Shown piece after piece: positions 50,880 through 58,769 of a stretch of DNA of 64,000 nt (position 1 is its first letter; each line of letters begins with the position of its first letter). Where the stretch lies: NCBI GenBank assembly GCA_030950485.1, contig JAUZRK010000003.1, positions 20,228-84,227 of the forward strand, in the 5' to 3' direction. Made by a program: the position numbers and the translations under genes. A model generated the notes under the pieces. That model ran no database searches. It was not told the origin of the DNA and saw only the letters and a list, made by a program, of their open reading frames with translations. Source of the stretch: Candidatus Dojkabacteria bacterium. Its GTDB lineage: Bacteria > Patescibacteriota > Dojkabacteria > J137.

Positions 50880-51489
50880 TTAAGAAATTCTTTATTGGTT
50901 TATAGCTTTTTCTATGTATTTCAGTTACACCTAAAGATTTTAACGCATCTATATGCTTTTTTGTACCGTAACCTTTATGTGCTTCAAGTCCATAACCAGG
51001 AAATTTAAGAGAGAGCTCATTCATTAGTCTATCTCTCTCAACCTTGGCTATTATTGAAGCTGCTGCGATTGAGTAATATTTAAGGTCTCCTTTTATTACT
51101 TGTATAGTATTCTTACCAAAGTCTTCACTAAATCTACCGTCAATTAAAAAAAGTGTGTCAGGCGTATTTAAAAGTTTACATAAATCTTCAATTAGCTTTA
51201 TAACTGACTTGCCAATACCTACACTATCTATTAGATCAATATCTCCATATAAAGTCTGATAGTTATTTAAAGAAAGTTTCTCATAAACTTCTTCCCTTTT
51301 TTTAAGTGAGATTTTTTTCGAATCTGTTACATTGTCAACATGTCCTGAATCTGAACTATATATAAATGCAGTAACAGTAACAGGTCCTGCCCAACAACCT
51401 CTTCCAACCTCATCTATTCCTATAATTCTTTTGTATTTGCCTTCTGCTAATATACGAGTTTCGAAATCATCTTTTAAGAATTCAGTCAT
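50866..51489 (-). CDS. rnhB: Ribonuclease HII
   Basis: GIDEVGRG..AGP, DSKK, KGD...SIAAASIIAKV.RD, HKGYGT, HRKSY. Confidence 0.96.
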   Translation of the reverse strand: MTEFLKDDFETRILAEGKYKRIIGIDEVGRGCWAGPVTVTAFIYSSDSGHVDNVTDSKKISLKKREEVYEKLSLNNYQTLYGDIDLIDSVGIGKSVIKLIEDLCKLLNTPDTLFLIDGRFSEDFGKNTIQVIKGDLKYYSIAAASIIAKVERDRLMNELSLKFPGYGLEAHKGYGTKKHIDALKSLGVTEIHRKSYKPIKNFLNEAN

Positions 51490-51491
51490 AG

Positions 51492-54407
51492 TTATAAATT
51501 GCTTTCTCTTATTGAAAATTTCTTCAATGATAAAACATTTTGAAAGTTGAAATATATATTAGGATCGAATTCGATTAATAAGGTTGGCTGTAAAGAATTT
51601 GCGAATCTATTTACATCTCTATCTAAGTTAATATTGTAACCAAATAATACCCCTTTTATATATAATCCATCTCCCTTTCTATTGATATCTGGATAATCTC
51701 TAGTTGTTATTATATCCCCATCTGATATTAAACTTGCTTCTATTATATCGTAGCTTGCTAGTGTTGGATCCAATACATCTAAGTCTGTTTTTAAATCACC
51801 GTTTAATATTTCTATGTTTCCCTTTACTATAAACATGCAGGCATCTTTTTGATTCAATGTCGTAAAGTCTGGTTCAATTGTTAAATTTCCCGTTATTAAT
51901 ACTATTGCTGGTTCATTACATATACTGTCTTTCTGTATTCGCATATTTCCATTTACTCTATATAATCCTTCATTATTTGGCAATCCCGGTAACTCTGTTG
52001 CTGCTGTTCCTAAGACGTTTCCTTCCACGTCATTAATACCAAGAACCTTAGAACAGTCTCTAAAACATGTAAAGCTTGTTTCATTTGCATCACATTTCCC
52101 ATCTCCACATATACCTGTAGTTTGACAATCATTAGGACAAGTTAATGTATTCTCTCCAAATATTGACTCACAAATACCATCATTATCACATGTGTCTTGA
52201 TTTCCTGTAATACAATCTCCCGGACAACTACTTGTATCTTCTCCACTCTCACATGTTCCATTATTATTACATCCTAAATCCTGACAATCATTAGGACATG
52301 TTATAAAGTCTTCTCCTAATGGACCTTCACAAACACTATTATTATTACATACCTCTACTCTACAAAATGTATCGCATCCATCTCCATCTACTAGATTTCC
52401 ATCATCACATTCTTCTGTATTTTGTCTTATTGCATCTCCACAAACTCCATTCTTATTATTATTTCCTGGGGTTCCAATTAATCTTCCATTTATTTCTACA
52501 TCACTATTTACCTCTATTACACTATCTGATTTACTTGAAAAGATTAGATATTCAATTTGTTTATAGAAGCTTCCTTTGTCTAAGATTAGTTCTGTTAATG
52601 TGTTATCTGAATAACTTCCTAATACTTGATTATATTTTGAGAATCTTGTTCTATCTGAACTTACTCCTCCATCTACAGTTATGTATTCTGATAGAAATGA
52701 TTGTTCATCTATATCAAACTCTGGTATTGTAATTCTTGCATCTGGTACTGATATTCCACTAAATCCACTATTTGCTAGTGTTGAGTTTCCAACAACCATT
52801 ATCCATGGTTTCTTTAAAAATGGTGAGGTTATTGTTCTTTTTATTGTTGATGGATTACATGCATTATCTTCTCCATTTATTTCGAATGCATAATTTGATT
52901 CTAGTCTATATTCTATATCTGCATAGTTATGCGTTCCTAGATTACCTAGATTAATTAGTGCATCTTGTTGTGTATTTGCTGTTGGAAAGTTAAAGATTGT
53001 AGGGATTGTATTATCTCTTAGTTGACTTCCGTCTTTATTTGATTCTACTAGACTACTGAAAGCTTTCATTCCTGAGTATGTATCATTTGCTCCGAATGTT
53101 ACCTCAAATGAATTATCTGAAAGATAATTAGCTGCACTTACACTTAGTGCTGGTGATGCTGTGTCTACTCCCCATACTACTGCTGTTGCTGTTAATGGAT
53201 TTATTCTTGAATATCTTAATCTTTCATTTCCTGTTGCATTTGATGAAAACAATACGCCATCTCCTGCTTCTGTTGCTACCATTGAGTAGACATCATATTC
53301 TTTATTTACAAAGTTATCTTTGAATTCTATTGCTATTGTACTTTCTCCACCTGTTAGATTTCTATTCCAATTTGTATTTACTCCAACTGACTTTAGAGCT
53401 GAGTTATTTGCAAAGTTATTTATATCTCCTCCATTTGCTACTGGAGTTTGTAATACTAGTTTTCCTGAATTATCTAACATGAATATTTCTCCTGTTATTA
53501 CATTTATATTTACTAGTATTGAATTATTATTTGCTACTGATGATCTTAGACTTGCTTCATCTATTACATCTGTAAATGTATTTCTTGGTACTAGTGCTAC
53601 TGATGTATATATGTTTGATCCTGGGTTTTCTACATTGTAGCTAAGCTTAAATGTTATTGGATTGCTTGTCCCTACATTATTTATGCTTCCTGAGATTCCC
53701 ACTCCGCAAACATCATTCCATGCCGCTCCTGCGTCTATCCCAAACTCTGTTATCTCTGGCCTCTTTGCTGTTGTGAAACTCCAAGTAGCTGAGTTAGCAG
53801 ATCTACTTCCGTTTTCTGTCCTAACAAACCATTGATAAGTAGTTTCCCAGTTTAAGCCTGCTAGATTTCTAGCAGTAGTTGAAGGAGGTAAATTGGCAGC
53901 CGCTGTAAGCCATGAAGCACTTCCTTGTACTCTGTAAAAAACATCATAATTATTATTATTTCCTGGGCAACCTTTTCCCCAACTAGATGTAGGATTCCAA
54001 TCTAATAATACTGAAGTTAAAAGACCACTAGAACCATTTGATGGGGAGGCTAAACTTACAGCGGCAGGGTTAGTAGAATTACAAGAAGGTATACAGCTTC
54101 CACTTGAACAAGCTGTCCCTGTATTACTGCAGTCTCCCTTATCCCAAGTATATTGGTTTATTTGCCCACCTACACTACAAGTAGCATCACAGTTAGAAGT
54201 GCCATTTGCATAACAATAATTAGAACAAGCAGCCTGACCAGGACAACTTACACATTCTCTAGGTCTACTACCTTCACACCACTTAGCTCCAACTCCTCTA
54301 CCTCCGCATGAATCGCAAGCATTAACAGTATTAAGCGATACCGCACCAAATAGTGTAAGACCAAAAGCTATGATTAAAAAAGAAATAATTATTTTAAAAT
54401 TTTTCAT
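51492..54407 (-). CDS. Large secreted Cys-rich protein (FN3-like domain, DUF4215/myxococcal Cys-rich repeat, CPxDC repeats)
   Basis: Signal peptide; N-terminal Cys cluster; L.WETTYQW.V FN3-like; CGD....EECDDGNLVDGDGC; repeated C.NNG.CE..E...CP.DC. Confidence 0.8.
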   Translation of the reverse strand: MKNFKIIISFLIIAFGLTLFGAVSLNTVNACDSCGGRGVGAKWCEGSRPRECVSCPGQAACSNYCYANGTSNCDATCSVGGQINQYTWDKGDCSNTGTACSSGSCIPSCNSTNPAAVSLASPSNGSSGLLTSVLLDWNPTSSWGKGCPGNNNNYDVFYRVQGSASWLTAAANLPPSTTARNLAGLNWETTYQWFVRTENGSRSANSATWSFTTAKRPEITEFGIDAGAAWNDVCGVGISGSINNVGTSNPITFKLSYNVENPGSNIYTSVALVPRNTFTDVIDEASLRSSVANNNSILVNINVITGEIFMLDNSGKLVLQTPVANGGDINNFANNSALKSVGVNTNWNRNLTGGESTIAIEFKDNFVNKEYDVYSMVATEAGDGVLFSSNATGNERLRYSRINPLTATAVVWGVDTASPALSVSAANYLSDNSFEVTFGANDTYSGMKAFSSLVESNKDGSQLRDNTIPTIFNFPTANTQQDALINLGNLGTHNYADIEYRLESNYAFEINGEDNACNPSTIKRTITSPFLKKPWIMVVGNSTLANSGFSGISVPDARITIPEFDIDEQSFLSEYITVDGGVSSDRTRFSKYNQVLGSYSDNTLTELILDKGSFYKQIEYLIFSSKSDSVIEVNSDVEINGRLIGTPGNNNKNGVCGDAIRQNTEECDDGNLVDGDGCDTFCRVEVCNNNSVCEGPLGEDFITCPNDCQDLGCNNNGTCESGEDTSSCPGDCITGNQDTCDNDGICESIFGENTLTCPNDCQTTGICGDGKCDANETSFTCFRDCSKVLGINDVEGNVLGTAATELPGLPNNEGLYRVNGNMRIQKDSICNEPAIVLITGNLTIEPDFTTLNQKDACMFIVKGNIEILNGDLKTDLDVLDPTLASYDIIEASLISDGDIITTRDYPDINRKGDGLYIKGVLFGYNINLDRDVNRFANSLQPTLLIEFDPNIYFNFQNVLSLKKFSIRESNL

Positions 54408-54466
54408 CTCTATAAAAGTTATTAATTACATAACTAGTATAGAGTATTTAGTTATTGAGATAAAAT

Positions 54467-54898
54467 TTATTTTTTCCTTAGTATTTTTGAAGATGCCGCT
54501 AATATAGTTATTAAACTAAATGCAGCAAAGGCCATAAACGGAATAGTTATAAAACCTAAAAAATTTACGTATATATTATCGCAAGGATTAGCTAATTCAC
54601 AAGTAGAGCTTTCAAATAGATCCGTCTTCTGAAGTAGATACTGATAACCATTTATAAACATACCTGGAATAGCTAGAGCTAAAATATATGCCTCAAAAGA
54701 TTTTTCCTTTTTTGCAATTGCTATCAAACCAATTATAGCCATTGGATATAGAAAGATTCTCCCATACCAACAAAGCTGACAAGGATAAATTTGTTCTACT
54801 TCGCTATAGTATAAGCTACCAAGAACGCCAGAAAAAGCTATTAGAGTAACTAGATGTAACCAATAATTAATTATGAATTCTTTTATCTTTAAAGTCAT
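54467..54898 (-). CDS. Disulfide bond formation protein DsbB/BdbC family
   Basis: GSLYYSE...PCQLCWY.RI..YP, second Cys pair, FITIP. Confidence 0.9.
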   Translation of the reverse strand: MTLKIKEFIINYWLHLVTLIAFSGVLGSLYYSEVEQIYPCQLCWYGRIFLYPMAIIGLIAIAKKEKSFEAYILALAIPGMFINGYQYLLQKTDLFESSTCELANPCDNIYVNFLGFITIPFMAFAAFSLITILAASSKILRKK

Positions 54899-55004
54899 TT
54901 TATTTTAGTAATGTTTAAGTTGAATTAATAATACGCCCTCTTAGTAAATTTGTAAAAAAAAATACGCAATAAATTGCGTATTTTTCTATATTTCTATTAT
55001 TCTT

Positions 55005-55475
55005 TTATTCAGATTTGTCTTCTTTCTTCTCTTCAACAATTTCTTCTTGAGCTTCAAGAGAAGCTTCTTCAACTACAACTTCTTCTTCTACTGGTTCTTC
55101 AACTTCTATTTCTTCTTCTATTACTGCTGCTCCAGGTTTCAATTTCATTGCAGCTTTTCCTATTCTATCTCTCATATAGTATAATTTTGATCTTCTAACA
55201 CTAGCGTGTTTTTCAACCTCAATTTTCTCTATATTTGTAGAATAAAGTGGTAGTATTTTTTCTACCCCTACTCCCTTTGTAATTTTTCTTACAGTAAACA
55301 TTTTGTCTGTACCTGAACCATTAGTAGACATTACCATTCCTTTGAACTTCTGAATTCTTCTCTTATCTCCATCTCTAATTATCGTATGTACTGTAACAGT
55401 ATCACCTGTCTTAACCTCAGGCCTTTTCACTCCCATATACTTACTTTGGATTTGTTTTATTTGTTCTTGGCTCAT
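55005..55475 (-). CDS. rplS: 50S ribosomal protein L19 (acidic C-terminal tail)
   Basis: GDTV.V, RIQ.F.G, FTVRK...GVGVEK, VRRSKLYY.R. Confidence 0.97.
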   Translation of the reverse strand: MSQEQIKQIQSKYMGVKRPEVKTGDTVTVHTIIRDGDKRRIQKFKGMVMSTNGSGTDKMFTVRKITKGVGVEKILPLYSTNIEKIEVEKHASVRRSKLYYMRDRIGKAAMKLKPGAAVIEEEIEVEEPVEEEVVVEEASLEAQEEIVEEKKEDKSE

Positions 55476-55622
55476 AGCTAAATATTTAATACTTTAGAAT
55501 ATCTATATCTTAATAACGTTTGAAATTTTAACAGAAAACGTCGCTATTTGCGAGGTGTTTTTTTATTGGTGATATAATTTAGTAATAATGTAACATGATT
55601 TGATTTATTATTGTAAAAAATA

Positions 55623-56276
55623 TTGGATGTTACAAAACTTAAAATTAAAAAGCTAGTTAGAGATTATATAAAAACCAGATCTAATATATATTTTGGAGAA
55701 ATATATAAAAGAAGTGTTGACGATGTATATAGGTTTGTGTACAGCAGAACCGGCGATAAGTCTGTTTCGGAAGATATTACATCAGAAGTGTTTATAACTT
55801 TAATAGATGTTATTGATAAATATAACTTTAAAGTAAAATTTACAACTTTTGTATATGGAATAGCTTTCAATAAAATTAGACAGCATTGGCAAAAAAATAA
55901 AAAAACATTTGAAATCTTTGAAGAGACTAATGAGAGCGATGACATAATAAATAATGAATATGCAATTGATTCAGATGTTTTAGAAAATATTGAAAAGAAA
56001 GAAGTTCAGATTGATGAAGTAATAAGCCAGTTAAGCGAAATTCTAGACATGCTATCTAAAAAATATCGTAATGTTTTAGTTGAAAGATTTATAAATTCTA
56101 AAAATATTAAGCAAACTGCTTTAACTTTAAATTTAAGTGAGGGAAATGTCAGAGTAATTCAAAATAGAGCCTTGAATAAAGCAAGACAGTTATCTTCAGA
56201 AATGTACGATACAGATGCTATTAATTTTTTAGAATCAAAGAAAATTTCAAGTAATAATTTAGTAAAAAGTTTTTAA
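55623..56276 (+). CDS. ECF-type sigma-70 factor
   Basis: Region 2 (VYRFVY.R..D...SEDITSEVF...F..F.Y.IA.N) and region 4 (L..KYR.VL..RF...TA..L..SEGNV.V.Q.RAL). Confidence 0.9.
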   Translation: MDVTKLKIKKLVRDYIKTRSNIYFGEIYKRSVDDVYRFVYSRTGDKSVSEDITSEVFITLIDVIDKYNFKVKFTTFVYGIAFNKIRQHWQKNKKTFEIFEETNESDDIINNEYAIDSDVLENIEKKEVQIDEVISQLSEILDMLSKKYRNVLVERFINSKNIKQTALTLNLSEGNVRVIQNRALNKARQLSSEMYDTDAINFLESKKISSNNLVKSF

Positions 56277-57164
56277 ATGAGAGGTAAAGAAATTATAAAA
56301 CAAAATGACTTAGTATATGCTCTTAGAGCAACTTCAAAAGATGCTAATGCCTCAGATGAATTTAAGTCTAGTTTACTAAACAAACTAAACCTAGAACTTA
56401 ATAGTAAGGGTGCAGTAAAGGTAAATGAACTTGAAATATCTTTAGAAGGATTTAAAAAAGTTAAATATTATAAAGCAGGAAACTCTGAGGAAGTATTATT
56501 ATTTATTCATGGAATCGGCACAATTGATAAGTTATATACTAAATTTATAAATTACTTTTCTAAAAAATATACTGTAATAGCACCTGCTTTACCTGGCTAT
56601 GGAACTTCTTTAGAAGATTGGTTCAAAACTAATAACTACAGTAAGGCTTTAGATAGCTATGCACTATTTGTAGAAAAATTTGTCAAATCTTTAAATTTAG
56701 ATAAACCAATTACACTTGTTGGTCACTCTTTTGGCGGTGCTGTTGCTATTAGATATGCTAAGAAAAACGAAAATCAAAAGCTTATAAAAAAGCTAGTTTT
56801 AGCAGATACTGAAAAAATACCTGTGGATATGAGTCTAAAAAGTTTCATTTATGGAAGTTTTAAGGCTCAGCTTTCTTACTTAAGAAGACTTAAAGTTAAA
56901 AACATAAGCATACTTAATTTCTTTATTAAAAATATAAGGAATTTAGTAGATACTTATAAGATTGCTTTTAATATTAATCTAGAAAAAGAGATAGAAGGAC
57001 TTAGATCTGATACAAAATTCTATCTTAACGATGAAAATGAAATCACACCTCTTAAGAAAATTAAAGAAGTTAAAGATATTATTAAAAATGTATCTGTAAG
57101 TGTAGTGAACTATCCAGAAGAAAGCTGGTTCTATGATTCACCAGAAAAAATCAAACTGTCTTAG
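56277..57164 (+). CDS. Alpha/beta hydrolase-fold protein with N-terminal anti-sigma-like helix
   Basis: FIHG, LPGYG.S, LVGHSFGG; about 45 extra N-terminal residues; directly abuts the ECF stop codon. Confidence 0.75.
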   Translation: MRGKEIIKQNDLVYALRATSKDANASDEFKSSLLNKLNLELNSKGAVKVNELEISLEGFKKVKYYKAGNSEEVLLFIHGIGTIDKLYTKFINYFSKKYTVIAPALPGYGTSLEDWFKTNNYSKALDSYALFVEKFVKSLNLDKPITLVGHSFGGAVAIRYAKKNENQKLIKKLVLADTEKIPVDMSLKSFIYGSFKAQLSYLRRLKVKNISILNFFIKNIRNLVDTYKIAFNINLEKEIEGLRSDTKFYLNDENEITPLKKIKEVKDIIKNVSVSVVNYPEESWFYDSPEKIKLS

Positions 57165-57538
57165 CTGTCTAAATTCTTGTTTTGAGAAAGCAATTTTATT
57201 TCTTGTAGTTGCTTTCTAATTTCTCTTAAAGCTACTTCAACTGCTCTTAATCTAGAAGATACTTTATAATCTCTAGGATCTGAACCTAGAAAAAAAGTAA
57301 TTGGTTTTTTGAACAAGTCTGCTAGCTGAATTAATTTGTCGATTGGTGGCGCAATTCTACCTGCTTCGTAACCACTTATTGTTTTATCTGAAACACCTAG
57401 TGAAACTCCAACTTTTAACTGCGACATTCTTGCTTCATCTCTAGCCATTTTAATCCTAATACCTAACTCTCTCGTTATATCTTTCTTTCTCTGCTCCTCT
57501 TGCCTAAAAATTAGATCATTTATTCCGTTTGGTCTCAT
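57161..57538 (-). CDS. XRE-family HTH transcriptional regulator
   Basis: G.RIK.AR....MSQ..VG..LGVS..TIS.YE.G...P. Confidence 0.9.
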   Translation of the reverse strand: MRPNGINDLIFRQEEQRKKDITRELGIRIKMARDEARMSQLKVGVSLGVSDKTISGYEAGRIAPPIDKLIQLADLFKKPITFFLGSDPRDYKVSSRLRAVEVALREIRKQLQEIKLLSQNKNLDS

Positions 57539-57606
57539 CTATATTATTTAATTATTTGGATTTTACCAAAGGTTTAATAAATTACAAAACAAAAAACTTG
57601 TTCTTT

Positions 57607-57636
57607 AAAAAACCTGCCTATAATTAGACAGGTTTT
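57607..57636 (-). terminator. Intrinsic terminator after nrdB
   Basis: Minus strand AAAACCTGTCTA-atta-TAGGCAGGTTTTTT. Confidence 0.75.
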
Positions 57637-57661
57637 CTACATAATTCAAAAAATTCTTTAC

Positions 57662-58663
57662 TTATTTCGCTTTCTTCTGACTTTTTATACCTCCTGCATT
57701 AACTTCATAAGAGGTATTTACTGCTTCAAAAAAATTCACTAATTGGAATGTATCATTTGCAGTACTCATCCATTTAGCTGGATTTGAAACTTTAAATTCT
57801 GGTTCAAATCCAAGTTCTTCTAATCTTCTATCCGCAACGTATTGAACATACTGATTTATAAAATTTGTATTTAATCCAAGTATTCCCTTTGGAAGTAGCG
57901 CCTTATTGTAATTCATCTCAAGCTCAACAGCCTCAACAATTATATTTCTAATTTCATCTGCAAAATCATTTGTAACAATATCTGGATTCTCCTCCAAAAC
58001 TGTCAATATCATATTAATACCTACTTTTAAGTGAAGAGCTTCGTCTCTAGAAATCCAGTCAGTAATTGTTGCAAAATTTCTAAGTAATTTTCTTTGTCTA
58101 AAATTCAAAGCAAACATAAATCCTGAATAAAACCAAACACCTTCAGTTACAATATTGGTTTTTACAATATTTCTAACAAAATCTTTTTTTCCTTCCTCAG
58201 TCTCAACATCTATTCCTTCTATCATTTTCTCTATTGAACTCATTAGAAATTCCTCCTTTACTCTTACTTCAGGAACATCAATATGAGTATTGAAAGCTTT
58301 CTTTCTATCAATTTCAAGAGTGTTTATAACATAGTCAAATGCTAATGCATGATTCACCTCTTCCCACATCTGCCTTACTAAATACATTTTTACTTCCGGT
58401 GCTGCAATGTGATTAAGCATACCGTATGTAATTGATTCATTTACATCATATTCCATTGGATTAGAAAACCCAATATACATAATAACGGCATTTTTTTCTT
58501 CTTCACTCATTCCCATCCAGTCTTGAATATCTTCTGCCATAGGAGCCTCATGCGGAAACCAGGTATTTGCTATAGCTTGATCTAGAAGTTCTTGTGCCCA
58601 TTCATATTCTATTTCATTTAGTTGAAGCTCATCTCCTTGATTTCTTTTTTTTAATAATGCCAT
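57662..58663 (-). CDS. nrdB: Class I ribonucleotide reductase beta subunit with class Ic-type signature
   Basis: W.P.E, EE..H, EG..FYSGF, RDE.LH, NFFE....Y. Confidence 0.93.
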   Translation of the reverse strand: MALLKKRNQGDELQLNEIEYEWAQELLDQAIANTWFPHEAPMAEDIQDWMGMSEEEKNAVIMYIGFSNPMEYDVNESITYGMLNHIAAPEVKMYLVRQMWEEVNHALAFDYVINTLEIDRKKAFNTHIDVPEVRVKEEFLMSSIEKMIEGIDVETEEGKKDFVRNIVKTNIVTEGVWFYSGFMFALNFRQRKLLRNFATITDWISRDEALHLKVGINMILTVLEENPDIVTNDFADEIRNIIVEAVELEMNYNKALLPKGILGLNTNFINQYVQYVADRRLEELGFEPEFKVSNPAKWMSTANDTFQLVNFFEAVNTSYEVNAGGIKSQKKAK

Positions 58664-58769
58664 TTGAATAATTTAATGATTTAATCTACTTATGTTTATG
58701 CTGTCATATTAAGTTTAACATAGACTTATCATTCATAAGATAAGTCTATAATATTAAGTTCTAAAAGAA

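Noticed and set aside
52040-52450. Mobile-element or DGR repeats in the Cys-rich gene
   Set aside because: Repeats are protein-level Cys motifs; no reverse transcriptase or TR/VR pair seen
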